A DNA stretch of 63,139 nt, the filler included, from Chiloscyllium plagiosum (Eukaryota), in NCBI RefSeq assembly GCF_004010195.1. It is 4 parts of one record of this genome, joined end to end, with 100 filler letters (N's around TTAATTAATTAA, not from the genome) between each part and the next. Parts side by side here need not be neighbours in the genome. Positions count along the whole stretch, not along the records: positions 1 to 26,127 come from NC_057717.1; 3 more parts are not named here. One strand, given 5' to 3'. The translations under genes and the position numbers were made by a program. Below, in pieces: positions 12,913 through 26,127 of the stretch. The first letter of the stretch is position 1. Every line of letters begins with the position of its first letter. A model generated the notes under the pieces. That model saw only the letters and a program-made list of their open reading frames with translations. It had not been told where the DNA came from and searched no databases.

Positions 12913-13459
12913 ATTACAGAAACACTGCTGAGGGAGGGACACGACCAACAAATCATTGTTTCAAGATAGAGAGACCACAGGAAGCATAGAAGGGTTGGCA
13001 AGAGAGGAAGGACACATGGTAGTAGGTTTTGATTGCATGAAACATCACAGCAATGCTTAGAGAGGACATTCCTATGGGATAAGCTACTGTGTTAGTGGAA
13101 CTGTGAAATGACAATGGGTCATCACTTTGATACGTGTGTACGGACCTCGAATAACCTGTGGCAGACTGAGGAACAAATATGTCGGGGGATCTCCTATCTG
13201 TATCTGTTTTCTAATCATCCAGCATTCCCTACACCTTACCAGCCCTTCCTTTCACCCTAACAGGAATACTGTATACTGTCTCTGGACTGCCGTTATCTCA
13301 TTTTGGAAGGCTTCCCAATTTCCAGTGGTAAAGGTTTCATTCTCTCAAAATGGAACCTCCCCAATTACTGCATCTCACGGAATTGCCACTTGAAAGTAAT
13401 AAAAAAAAGAAAGACCATTCCAAACAAAGTCTTGGATGTGGTGAGCTCTGGTCACTCAC

Positions 13460-13605
13460 GGAGATATACACGGAGAGTGCTTTCTACCTGAGCAGCACCA
13501 GGTCAGTGTCAGGCACACAGACAGAATGGGTAAATAGATTCACATCTGAGCTCACATCTCCCAGCCTGGGAATCTGAAGCTGTGCACAGCCATTATGGTA
13601 AATAT
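13460..13605 (-). pseudogene. Candidate leader (signal-peptide)-like exon B with two in-frame TGA stops
   Basis: Minus strand: acceptor ctctctgtgctatttatgcag| and donor CC|gtgagt (an alternative donor is TCAG|gtagaa). The frame from the ATG at 13593 reads MAVHSFRFPGWEM*AQM*IYLPILSVCLTLTWCCSGRKHSPCIS. Confidence 0.4.
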
Positions 13606-14119
13606 CTGCATAAATAGCACAGAGAGATCAGCCCAATAGTCCGATCAAAAAGAGTCAGTCATTCAAATTGTAGTATCCGTCAGATTCCACAGCCCATTCT
13701 CCGTCCCATCCTGCAGGTTCTATGAATCCCTTTAGCCTCCTGCAGATCCATGTCCCTTCCTAGATTTGTACCACCCTCAAGGTTCTACAGCCCTTCCTAC
13801 CTCCGTAACATAACCCGGACTCGACAACCCTTCCTTCGTCTGCAATGTTGCCGAGAGGGGACTGGAAGGTGATGGGGGTTACAGAGACAGGGAATGATAT
13901 CAGGATGGGAGAGTGTTGATATTAGGAATACTGCTGTGGTAAAGAAAAACAGGCTTCAGGACTTTAGAGGGTTTTGATGCTAATAAAGGAGGATTCAGAG
14001 CGAAGGAGGATTGTCGGGACTTGAAGAGGTTTCACTGTTTGCGAGAGTTGTAGGGATCAGAGGAAGTTACCAAGATAGGGAGGGTTTAAGATTGCAGGAT
14101 TCCACAGACAAGCTTTACA

Positions 14120-14825
14120 GGGTGAAAGGCAGGATTCTTGACAGTGTGGAGGAATAGAAGAATCTTGAAGTCCACGTCCAGAGATCCTTCAATGTTATCA
14201 CTCAAGTTGATTGCCTTGTTCAGAAGGTGTTTGGTGTGTTGGCTTTCATTAGCAGGGGGATTGAGTTTAAGTTCCACGAAGTTACGCTGCAGCTCTATCG
14301 AGCCCTGGTTAGAGAACATTTGGTATATTGTGTTCAGTTCTGGTTGCCTCATTATTAGAAAGATGTGGAAGCTTTGGAGAGGGTGCAGAGGAGATTTATC
14401 AGGAATGCAGGTCGAATGAAGAAAGGTTGAGAGAATTAGGGCTTTTCTCATTGGAATGAAAAAGGATGAGAAGTGACTTGATAGAAGTGAACGAGATGAT
14501 TTGAGGCCTCGATAGAGAGGATAACCAAATACTTGTCCCATTGCTGAAATGGCTATAATGAGGGGAAATAAATGGAAGGTGATTGGAGAAAGTTTTAAGG
14601 GAAATGTGAAAGGGATTTCTTTTTACGCAGGTGCATGGAATGCACAGCCAACATTTGTAGTGGAGCCCAATACATTAGGGACATTTAAGCAACACTTAGA
14701 TAGGCACATGGATGATAGTAAAATGTAGGGTCTGTAGTTTAGTTTAATCTGAGAGTAGGATAAAAAGTCAGTGCAATGTCGAGGGCTGAAGGGCCTCCAC
14801 TGTGCTGTACTGCTCTATATTCTAA
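14120..14825 (+). mobile_element. CR1 3' end fragment
   Basis: RT C-terminal region homologous to the other CR1 copies, ending gctgtactgctctatattcta. Confidence 0.85.
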
Positions 14826-15056
14826 ATAGGGAGGCTCACAATGACACAAAGAGGTTTCAGAAAGCTGGAGAGATGGGATCTGAATGAAGAGACACAAACA
14901 GAAAGGGTTGCTCGTATTGTCAGGAGGTAACAGAGACAGCAATGGCATGACCTGGAGCAGACGATCCAGACTGGGAGTGGTGTGGGGACTGGAGGTGGTT
15001 TCACAGGGAGGGAGGACCATAGAGCCACAGGGTGTTACAGAAATATGGAGAGCTGT

Positions 15057-16823
15057 AGGGTCTACAGGAGTTCATGGAGATGGGGAGCTGGGGAGGGATG
15101 CAGCAGGTACAGGCATAAGGATGTTGGTAGGATGGGGTGGTTTGCACAGACGGGAGTGTTTTAGGTGAATGGAGCAGATTACAGAAATCTAGATGGTTTT
15201 ATAGATTAGAAGAACAAACAGCTATGTGGAGGGTAGTCGTGACTGAAGATGTTTATAGTTATTGAAAGGCTTAGGTTCTTCAGGTTATTTAGGTATAGAG
15301 GGTGTGGTGTCTGACAATTTTACCAGGAGATAAGGACATCCATTTTGGTTGGAGACAGTTTCACAGATAAGGGAGCATTAGTAACTTCCTGCGGTTGGGT
15401 CAAAGTGGGAAAGTTTGTAGGGGAAGGTGACATTTACACAGATAGGGGTGTAAGAGATGGAGAAGGCTATGGAGATGGGTGGATGATGGACAGACTGGAA
15501 GACCTGACAATGACAGGATGGATGATAGGCAAGGGAGGATGTTACACAGATAGTCTTTTCGGATCAGATAGTCACAGGCATTGCAGTGAGTTCTACAGAT
15601 CAGGAGTGCTGCAGGGATCTGAGAGGATTGTACGGTCTCCACAGATTGATTGTATCTTTAGGACTGGAAGAAGATACGAATAGCTTAAACTCTATGTACG
15701 CTGTTTTCTTTTTCCTGAACAGAGCATCAATATCCCTCATCAGTCAGGGATCCCTGAACCTGCCAGATTTTCCCTTCACTCTAACAGGGACATACTGGCC
15801 CTGGATTCTTGAGATCACACTTTTAAAAGCTTCCCGTTTGCCAGTCATTCATTTTCCTTCAAACAAACTTGCCCAATCGATGGTAGTTATAATGTGGAGG
15901 AGCCGGTGTTGGACTGGGGTGTACAAAGTTACAAATCACACAACACCAGCTTCCAGTCCAGCAGGTTTAGCTGGAGGCACTAGGTTTCGGAGCGCTGCTT
16001 CATCAGGTGGTTGTGGAGCACAATCATAAGGCACAGAATTTATAGCAACAGGATTGCAGTGTCATGGAATGTAATATCAAACACATTTAGTTTCAGCCTT
16101 TCATCTTTTAGGATGATCATCTGCGCTTTGAAAGCGAGTGCTTCAAAATAAACCAGTTGGACTATAACCTGGTGTTGTGTGATTTTTAATTCACCCAATC
16201 TACCTCTGCTCGATCCTGCATAATGGGCCCAAACCTGGCCCTGTTCCAGTTTCACACCATAATCTGTCAAGCTGTCTGATCTTTTTCCATAACAATGTTA
16301 AAACGAAGATAGTTGTGGTCACTGGACCCAAAGGATAGGGCAGGTAATTACAGAGCAGATAGTCTGGCAGCAGGGGGAGGGAAATTATTGGGAACAATTC
16401 TGAGGGACAGTTTGAATCAATAACTGGAAAGGCAGGAAACAATTAGGGATAGTCAGCACGGATTTGGTAAAGGAAGACCCTGTCTGATGAATTCAGCTGA
16501 ATTTTCTTTGAAATTACGATTAAAAATGTTGATGAGGGCAGTGCAGATGATGTGGGTTCCATGGAGTTCATGAAGGCCTTTGACAAGGTCCAACATGGAA
16601 GGCTGGTCCAAAAGGGAAGAGCCACTGGGATCAAGGCAAGTTGGCAAATTGGATCCAAAACTGGTGGAGGGTTGTTTCTGTGATGAGAAGCCTTTCACCA
16701 GCGGGTGTACCACAGGGATCTGTGCAGGAACCATCGCTGTTTATTATGTACATTAATGAGTTGATGTGATGGCAGAAGGTTTACAGATGACATGAAGGGT
16801 GAGGGTGTTGTCCACAGTGAGGG
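15057..16823 (+). repeat. Direct segmental duplicate of ~8480-12150 with an internal deletion (~9735-11662)
   Basis: Collinear match from agggtctacaggagttcatggagatgggg through the same CR1/Penelope nesting. At ~16332 it jumps to gataggg..gtaattacagagcagatagtctg, which matches ~11663. Confidence 0.85.
15879..16193. mobile_element. Penelope-derived fold-back element (paralog of 9305-9605) with 7-bp TSD
   Basis: TSD cccaatc at 15872-15878 and 16194-16200. Inverted arms are present, and the minus strand carries CTGATGAAGCAGCGCTCCGAAA at ~15985-16006. Confidence 0.7.
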
Positions 16824-16903
16824 NNNNNNNNNNNNNNNNNNNNNNNNNNNNNNNNNNNNNNNNNNNNNNNNNNNNNNNNNNNNNNNNNNNNNNNNNNNNN
16901 NNN

Positions 16904-19280
16904 TATGCCTGGGGATCGCCCAGTGAAATTCTCTTAGTGGAACTGAGAAATAAGAATGAGTCATCACTTTGATATGACTGTATTACAGGCCCCCAATAGT
17001 CAACAGGAAATAGAACAGCAAATATATCAGGAGATCTCAGATATCTAAGAATAATAGGGTTGTAAAGGTCGGCGATTTTAACTTTCCATAACTAGATTGG
17101 GACTGCCATAATGTATACAGCTTGGATCGGAGGAATTCGTTCAGTATGTTCAAGAAAACTGTCTCAGTCAATATGGAAATGGCCTGACTGCAGAAAGGGA
17201 TAAAACCTGACCTCCCCTTGGGAAACAAAAGTAGGGAAAGGGACTGAAGTGTCTGTAGGGGAGCGCTTTGGCAAAATTACCACAATCCTTTCAGTTTGAA
17301 CATAAATTTCATGTCAGAACTTACTGTGGAGAAACTCTGGGGAATTCAGGGAAATAAACAGTGATGTCTTCACAAGAATCCACATTGGCGAACAGGAGGT
17401 GCTGAAGGTCTTAAAACGCATAAAAAGTAGACAACTCTCTCGGAACTAATCAGGTGTATCCCATGACATTGGGGAGGGAGGTGGTTAGGGAAGAAATTGC
17501 GGGGTACGTTAGAGAGATATTTCTATCAAAGACAGCTACAGGTAATGAGCTGGGAGTCTGGAGGGTGACTAATGATGCGCCAGTATTTAAGAAAGGCTGT
17601 GAGGGAAAGCCAGGGATCTAAACACTATTTAGCTTGATGTCAGTGGTGCGAATGTTGTTGAAAGCGATTCGGTAGGGCAGGAGTTGCATGCATTTGGAAA
17701 GGATTGATTAGGGATAGTCAGCACAACTTTGTGTGTGCAAAGTAGTGTCTCGCGAACTTGACTGAGTTTGTCGAAGAGGTGATTAAGAAGATAGATGAAG
17801 ACAGAGCAGTAGACATTTTCCATCCTGACTTCAGCAAGGCCTTAGGCAGGGTTTAGCCTGGTGCACTGGTTAATAAGGTTAGATCACATGGAATCAGGGA
17901 GAGCGAGACAAACGGACACAAAATGGGCTTGACAGTAGGAGACAGAGGGTAGTGGGAGAGGGTTGTTGTGTGGACTGGAGGCTCTGACCAGCGGTGTGCC
18001 ATAAGGATTGGTGCTGGGGCCACATGTGCATTATTTACATAAACGAGAATATAGGAATCATTGTTAGTAAGCAAAATAAGTGTTATAGTGGGGAGTGAAG
18101 ACAGTTATCGAAGAGGCTCTTGATCAACTGGACAAGTGGGTCAAGGAATGAAAGATGGATTTTAATTAATGGATTTTGTTAAGACAAAACAAGGACGACT
18201 AACACTGTTAATGATAGGGCCCTGTTCAATGCTGTCGGACAGCGAGACCAAGGGGTGCAGTGACATTGTTCCTTGTCAGTGGTGTCACAGGTGGACAGGA
18301 TGGTGAAAGCACATGAGGTACACTTGCCCTCATGGATCAGAGCATTGAGCTGGTACATCATGGTACGGCTGGACAAGACATTGCTGGGTCCCCAGTTGGA
18401 GTACTGGGTAGAATCCTGATTTTCCCGATTTAGGAAGCATTTTCTGAAACTGTGCACAGAGCAAAGACTGACAAAGATGTTACTGATACTGGAGGGTTTG
18501 ACTTACAAGGAGAGGATGGGTAAGCTGGAAAGCACAACAGTGGGAATGAGATAGCTTTGGCAGATAAGGATAAGGAGAATGCAAGGAAATTCTTCAGCAT
18601 ACAAGCACAAAAAAGCAACTAGAGAGACATTAAGGCCCCTCAGGTATGGAACCACAGGCGATGCGCGAGACCCTAAATGAATATTTCATGTCAGAACATA
18701 CTGTGGACAAAGACTAAGAAACAAAGGGAAAGAAACAGTGATGTCTTGTAAAGAGTCCCCATTACAGGAGAGGTGGTGCTGGATGTCTTAGAACACAAAC
18801 GTAGAAAAAGCCCTAGGTCCTGAACAACTGTATCCCAGAACATTGTAGCAAAGTAGTGGCAGGGACAGAGCAGAAATATTTATATCATTGTCCTTCGTAT
18901 TTCCATTGGGCGTAGGTGGCTGAGGGGTGACCTTAGAAAGGTTTATAAACCATGAGGGGTACAGGTAAGGTGAATAGTGAAGGTCTCTACCCCAGGGTAG
19001 AGGAGTCCATAACTTAGAGGGCATAAATATATGGTGTGAGAGGGAAGACTTAAAAGGAATCAGAGGAGAATATTTCTCACAGAGAGCATGGTGCACAAAT
19101 TGAATGACCTGCCGTGGGAAGTGATGGAGAGAAGCACAATGACAACATGGAAAAGGTTTGGGTGGATACATGGAGAGGAGAAGGTTTGAAGTGATACGGG
19201 CCAATTGCAGGGAACACGACTCGTTCAGGAACTGTGTTCAGCATCGACTAGTTGGATCAAAGCAAAGGTTCTGTTTCCGT
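16904..19280 (+). mobile_element. Cluster of old, rearranged CR1 ORF2 fragments (APE, RT, 3' end)
   Basis: YYRPPNS/GDFNF-like DNA at ~16980-17090 and DFSKA-like DNA at ~17828. A 3' UTR ctgtttccgtgctgcatgactctg lies at ~19270. Confidence 0.7.
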
Positions 19281-19794
19281 GCTGCATGACTCTGTCATTG
19301 GAGGAGTGGACTACCGAGATAAGGCACACTAGACACTGAAGCAAGTTACAGAGATAGGGATGGTAGGCTGGAATGCAGTACATTTCAAACATGTGGAGGG
19401 ACTATCGGGAAGGGAGGAGGTTACAGGAACAGGAACTGTTATAGGAGTTAAAAATTATTGAAGACACCGGTCCATGAAACATGCCATAGATACAATTTTG
19501 GAGAGGCAAATACAGAAGAGAAATCCCAGGCAGCATTCCCACCCTCTCTTGGGAAGCCTGCTTTACCCTCTGTTGTACTGATGCTCACTAAGACAGCACA
19601 GGCCTGGATTGATAACTGTGACACTCACGATACTGTCTCAGTACAACAAAACTTACAGCAGGGGTGGTGATTGAGCCTGAGGTTTGTCTGTACTCTGCTC
19701 TCCCTCCAGCACTGTATCTATATGTCATGTCTTGTTAGCTGATATATGGAGCCCTCTCATTGCTCTCTGCTCTGTGCACGTTGAGTGATCTTAC

Positions 19795-19929
19795 CTCACT
19801 GCAGGATTTATTGAAGGCTCCAGATCTCCCTGCCCATGGTCTCTCTGGCTGACCAACCATCTTCAATGTGGTGATGGACGAGACACCCAGCAGCTATGAA
19901 ATTTATTGAGTCAGGACCTTCCTGAGTAC
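19795..19929 (-). other. Exon-like cassette A, copy 2 (135 nt)
   Basis: Acceptor tctatttgtctgtctcctgtag| and donor GAG|gtaagat. An internal ATG reads MVGQPERPWAGRSGAFNKSCSE open to the donor. Confidence 0.5.
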
Positions 19930-20317
19930 CTACAGGAGACAGACAAATAGACAGAATACAAATTTATACTGATGTAGTGAGAGTTACACATGGAGAATGG
20001 TCCTGAGTAAAACAGAGATCTGGAAAGTCCCAGACTCCGTCCCTGGCCTGTGCTGCTGCGTCTCTCTGGAGTGGAGAATTCTGTTGGCTCAGGATCTGGA
20101 GTAGCTACAAAAGCGAGGGGCATTGACAGAGGCAGCAATTAGACCCACACAGTGAGGGATACTACCTGGAGAGATACTGAGTGATATCACCAGAGTGCTG
20201 GAAGGTATCAGGCTCAAACAATCATGTCAGAAGGCTTCAGAAACAAACGATTGTGTGGAAGGGGTTCTGCTTCATGATGGTATAACTGGTCAGGAATGAC
20301 CAATCTGTGAGTAGGCG

Positions 20318-20685
20318 AAGTGATGGCCTAGTGGCATTATTGCTAGAGCATGTATCCAAAACCTCAGCTAATATTCAGGGGAGACAAGTTTGAATCCCAC
20401 CATCAGAGATGGGAGAATTTGACAACAATACTTTTAAAGATAATAATTAATAATCCATAAATAACTATGAGACAATTGCTGATGTACAAAAAGTACAAAC
20501 ACTTGTCGTTTCGAGAAGGATATCTGCCTATCCTCACTTGATCTGCACAAAATACCCACAGCAAAGTGTTTGTCTCTCAATGACCCTCTGAAATGGCCGA
20601 GCAAGTTACTCAGTTCAAGGGCATCTTGGGCTGGGAAAGAAAGGCAGGTCAGATAGAGACACCAATATCCCATGAGTTAATAAAA
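20318..20685 (+). mobile_element. tRNA-derived SINE (second shark SINE family, LINE-like tail)
   Basis: A-box tggcctagtgg and B-box-like gtttgaatccc, then a body shared with fragments at ~5840-6040, 22080-22310, 44450-44665, 46060-46430 and 51270-51460. Tail ...cccatgagttaataaaaa. Confidence 0.7.
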
Positions 20686-22601
20686 ACAATGGTGGGACCA
20701 GTGTCCTGGCCAATCATGTTGGTAGGTTTATGGACAGGGCTGTAAACTGACAGACTTGATGCAGAGACAGGGTTCAGGTGAAAGGAGCTTTCCAAACCCA
20801 AAGACAAAAGGGAAGCATCGGAACAGCATGGGAATGTGGCTGAAGACAACCAGAAAGGAACAGGAAGGGAAAATGTTTAGTTAAAACCGTACATCAGTGA
20901 ATCAGTTTGTGAGAGGAAATTGTGGGAAAGAGTAAATTATGTTTTGTTCGGAATGGACAAAGTCTCCGCAATAAGGTAGATGGATTTGTGACACAGAGAT
21001 AAAAGAGATTTAGACAGCAGTGAGACATGGTTCCAGAACGAACAAAAGATGGAACATAAATATTGAATGGTTCACAACCTTGTGGAAATTCAGGAGAAAT
21101 GGGCAACGCTAACGATAATGGATACCAAAGGCATGACAGGGAAAACATTTGGCATCAGATCATGAAGTCGAGTCAGTCTGAATGTAAATTCTGGCTACTA
21201 CTTGCCAAGGACACAAGCAGCAGAACAGTTTCAGCAACTGAACAGCATTTCATTGCTCATCTGCGATGAATAGGAACCAGTGGAATTTTTAATATAAGCA
21301 TTGTGATAATTTTGGGAAACTTCAATATTCCCAAAATCTGGGACATTCACACTGACAAGAGCGATAATGGAAGAGGAGTTCAGAAATTTTTTTTCCAGTG
21401 TTTCTTTGAATAACACATTGTGCAACTGGCTAGGGACATAGCTATCTCAGAGCAACCGTTGTGTGATGAAACTTAGTGAATGAGTAATGTCACCTGGAGA
21501 GATCCGCTGGGAAATTGTAAGAAAGTGCAGTTTAAAGAAATATAAAGTTTTAAAGTGAATCACAGAAAGGACAAGCTACAACTAGAAACAAAAATAGCCA
21601 ATTACATGAGTTTGAGAGGAGAATTGACCAAAATAAACAGGCGAAACAGACTGAAACGTGTGTCTGTAAATGAACAGTGGAAAACATTTGAAGGAACCGT
21701 GTAAATCATTCAAATAAAGGACATTCCATTGAAACAGACATAAGTTCAACAAGAAATCCCCACTGGTCCCTTACTCAGGACAAAAGGGTTCATACTAGAT
21801 TATGAGGCTGAGAAGATCACCAAAAAGTACTTAAAATCCTGAAGTTAGAGAGTGTTTTAGGAGTAAGTTTAAAATGGATTGCAACGGGTCTGCTACCAGG
21901 GGGAGGGCATTGGGAACGGGTATATTGTCAGGGCATATTGAAACGGTAGGAACAGGGAGAATTGAAGGTGCTGGAGGTGGTGAGAGTGTTATAGAGAATG
22001 GTCATGGCCTGAACGATGTTACAAAGCCAGTATGGATTGCTGCAGTTGGATGGGTGTGCAGAGGTAGGGAGGGTCATAGGTATTTTTATTTGTTCATTCA
22101 TGGGATGAGACTGTCACTAATCCGACCATCAATCTTCCCCCCCCCCCCCCCCCACTGCTACTTGCCCAGATGGTAGCTCATAGTCAGCCAAATTGTTGTG
22201 GGTCTGGAGTCACGTGTAGGCCAGACCAGATTAGAGTGTCAGATGTCCTTCCCTAAAGGAGGTAAGTGAACTAGATGAGTTAATCCTGCTGATCAACAAT
22301 GGTTTCATGGTGGTCTTGCTAATGTCTTGTACAGATACACCATGACATCCTTCTCCTACTCTCAATACTCTCCCCAATGAAGGTAACCGTCCCAAAGGCC
22401 TGCTTCACCAGCCTGTCTACCTGGGACACCACTTTCAAAGAACTGTGTACCTGCATCCCTGGGTCTCTGATTGATAACACTACCCAGGGCCCGAACATTA
22501 ACTGTACAAGTCCCACCCTGGTTTGTTTCATCAAAATGGCACACTTCACATTTATCTAATTAAACTCCATCTGCTATTCTTCATCCCACTATCCCAGCAG
22601 T

Positions 22602-25600
22602 ACTGTTCATCCTGTTGTATCATAGATAACCTTCATCACTGACCAGTTTACCACCAATTTCAGTGTCACTCAAACAACGTACTTACCACAAAACCAATAT
22701 TCCCATCCAAACCATGTATACAAATGACAAACAACATGGGCCCACTCCACCGCTGGTCACATGCCTCCAGTCAGAAAAACAAAATGTCTCCCATCATCCT
22801 CTGTCTCCTACCATCAAGCCAATTTTGTATCCAGTTGACTAGATCCTCCTGAATTCCATATCCTTTTCCATTGATATGAGCTTATTCCCTGTTTACCATA
22901 CAGACACAGAACACAGAACAGTACACCACAAGACCGTTCGGCCATGATGCCATGCCAACGTTTTATCCGACTGTATGATCAAACTAACTAACGTACCCTT
23001 CATTTTATTATCATCCATGTGCCTATCCAGAAGTATATTAAATGTCCCGAATGCATCTAATTTTACTGCCACCAATGGCAGTGCATTCCACTCACCCACC
23101 ACTCTATATGTAACGAACCTACCTCTGAAATCTCCCCTTCACTATCCGTGAATCACCTGAAAATTATACACCCTTGCAATAGCTATTTACATCAGGGTAA
23201 AAAACGTCTCTCACTATTCACTCTCTCTGTGCCTCTCATCATCTTGTTCACCTCTTCCAGGTCACCACTCACCTTTCTTCACTCCAATGAGAAAAGCCTT
23301 AGCTTGCTCAAGCTTTCTTCATAAGACATGCCTTCCAGTACAGGCAGCATCCTGGTAAATCTCCTCTTTACCCTCTCTAAAGCTTCCACATCTATCCTGT
23401 AATGAGGGAACCTGAACTGAACACAATATTCCAAGTGGGGTCTAATCAGAGCTCGAAAGAGCTGCAGCATAACCTCACGGCTTTAAAACTCAATCCCCAA
23501 ACTAATGAAATCCCACACAATATATTCCTTCTTAACAAGCCTATCAGCTTGTGTGGCAACTTTGAGGGATCTCTGGACTTGGAACCCAAGATCCCTCTTT
23601 TCCTCCACACTATCAAGGATCCTACCTTTAACCCTGCATTCTGCATTCAAATTGAGTCTTCCAAAATGAATGACTTCACACTTTTGCAGATTCAACTCCA
23701 TCTGCCACTTCTCAGCTCCAGGATGAATGCTTTCCATTCATCATCACCCTCGATTTTCAATGGGCCAGGACTTCTGTATCCAGACAGACAGGTTTCCCTG
23801 TTTCCCATGTCTCAGTACTTTCTGAATTAGCCATAAAGGTGTTTTGTCACATCGCCAAAGGACTCAATAAGATTTGTAAGGCATGACCTGCCCCTTACAA
23901 AGCCATGCTGACTATCTCTAATCAAACTATGGTTTTCCGAGGAATTATAAATCCTATCTTGGAGTCCTCTCCAATAATCTGCATACCACAAACATAAGAC
24001 TGACAGGTCTGAAATTCCCAGCGTTATTGGTATTCTCTTTCCTGAACAAGAGAATAACATTTGCCGCCCTACAACTCCAGTGGACAGTGAGGGCACAAAT
24101 GTCATCGCCAAGTGCACAGCAATCTCTTCCCTCACTTCGTGTAGTAAGTGGCACATCCCGTCTGGTCCAATAGACTTATCTATCCATATGTTTTACACAA
24201 TACTCAGCACATCCTCTTTCTTAACATCAACCTGTTCACATATATCAGCCTGTTTCACGCTATCCTCACAAATGACAAGGTCCCTATCAGTAGTGAATAC
24301 TGAAGCATAGTATGCATAAAGGAAATCCCCTACCTCCTGTGACTCCAGGCACAAGTTCCCTCCACTATCCCTGATCGGTCCTACCCCCACTCTGTCCATC
24401 CTCTTGTTCCTCAAATAAGTGGAGAATGCCTTACGGTTATGCTTAATCCTTCCCAACAAAGCTTTTTCATACCCCCTTCTAGCTGTCCTAAGTCCATTCT
24501 TCAGTTCGTTCCTGGTACCTTCAGAAAGTCCCTACAGTGTGGAAACAGGCCATTTGGCCCAAAACCTTCATATCAACCCTCCAAACTGTACCCCAACCAC
24601 AACCATTCCCCCAATCTAATTCTCTGCATTTGCCCCGACGTATGCACCAAACCTACACACCCGTGAACACTATGGGTAATTTAGCATGGCTGAGTCACCT
24701 GACATGCACATCCTCGGGCTGTGGGGGAAACCGGAGCACCTGGAGGAAACCCATTCTGACACGGGGAGAACGTGCAAACTCCACACAGACAGTCACCTGA
24801 GGCTGGAATCGAAATGGAGTGCGTGGTGCTATGAGGTAGCAACGTTAATCAGTGGGCCATCGTGCTATTCCATATTACCCTCGAGAAACCTACCTCACCC
24901 TTGCTTCCTCAACCTTAAATAAGCTTCCTTCTTGCTCTTGACTAGATGTTCTACATCCCTTTCACCCTTGTTAAATGCTTCGCTGTCCATGTGGACAATG
25001 TTGACTGCTCTGCCTTCATCTATCTCTTGGCCACCTGCTTGAAGAGTCAATTCAGTTTGTGAAACACGGTTTTCCACTCACAAAGCAATGCTGAATATCT
25101 CTAATCAGCCCTTGCCTTTCCAAATATATGTAGCTCCTTTCTCTCAGAACCTCCACCAACAACTTCCCCACCACTGGGCTCACTGGGCTGTAATTTCTTG
25201 GCTTTTCCCTGCAGCCCTTATGTGATGGAACAGCATAATGTTCCCTCCAGTCTTCCGACACCTCACTGCATCTGTTGATAATATAAATATCTCTGTAAGG
25301 GACACTGCAACCATTTCCCTAGCTTCCCACAATATTCTAGGATAAACCTAATGAGCTACTGAGGATTGATCTATTTCTCCTTGTTTTAATATTCCAGCAC
25401 TTTCTCTTCTCTGGTGAGGATTCTTTCCAATACACCACCATTTATTTCCCCAAGTTCCAGAGCTTCCATGTCTTTCGCCACAGTAAATACTGACAAGATT
25501 ATTTTGTCTAATATCTCACCCATCTCCTCGGGTTCCACACATAGACGACCTTACTGATCTTTAAGGGGCCCTAATCTCTCCCAAGTTACTCTTTCGCCCT

Positions 25601-25755
25601 TATTGCGTAAAGGCTTCTGCTAATTCAAATACACCATATCCCCTATACCACTCCACCCCTTCTACACCCTTTCAAACCTGCCATTTATATTCACACCAAC
25701 AAATTAAACCCAACAGGCTCAAAAACAAATTATCTTTTATCAAATGTGTTTCCAT
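22602..25755 (+). repeat. Direct segmental duplicate of 1-~3312, including the same nested CR1 and V-SINE insertions
   Basis: Starts actgttcatcctgttgtatcata, like position 1. It shares the insertion junctions (CR1 tail, V-SINE at ~24535-24872) and ends caacaggctcaaaaaca...atgtgtttc. Confidence 0.9.
24535..24872 (-). mobile_element. HE1-like V-SINE (duplicate of 2085-2428)
   Basis: Antisense V-domain ggggagaacgtgcaaactccacacagacag, at the same insertion point in CR1. Confidence 0.85.
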
Positions 25756-26127
25756 GGGGATCCAAGATGGCGGCGACCCAGCAAGACTGAGTCGATAGTG
25801 CTCCTCCCAAGACTTGGGTACAGTGGGTCACCCACCCCCTACCAAGCTCACCAAATCATTTATAATAGTTGTGTAATTTAATTAGTTGTATAATATTACA
25901 TTTAAACAATTTAATCCTAAGTTAAAATGACTAAAGGGAAGGGAGCCCGCAACTCTCAGCAAGCAGGAACCCCTCCCCCACCCTCTCCAGCTGCAGCAGA
26001 GGCGTCCACAGCCGCCCCGGGGGACTTACCAACAGTAGCAAGTCTTGCAGAAATGCATTCCAAGCTTGACTCGAAGATCGATGCCTTTATTGCAGAATCC
26101 AGAAATCGTTGGGACTCGCTCTCGGCC
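25756..26127 (+). mobile_element. 5' end of an L1-clade LINE: 5' UTR and N-terminus of ORF1, truncated by the spacer
   Basis: Begins GGGGATCCAAGATGGCGGCG (YY1-type motif as at L1 5' termini). ORF at 25927 MTKGKGARNSQQAG...LAEMHSKLDSKIDAFIAESRNRWDSLSA starts a coiled-coil-like region. The paralogous site at ~3305 is empty. Confidence 0.75.

Noticed and set aside
13460..13500. Naming exon B as an ependymin-like or Ig/TCR leader
   Set aside because: The resemblance is only a short signal-like stretch plus PC.SP. No matching downstream exon, V segment or recombination signal sequence was found.
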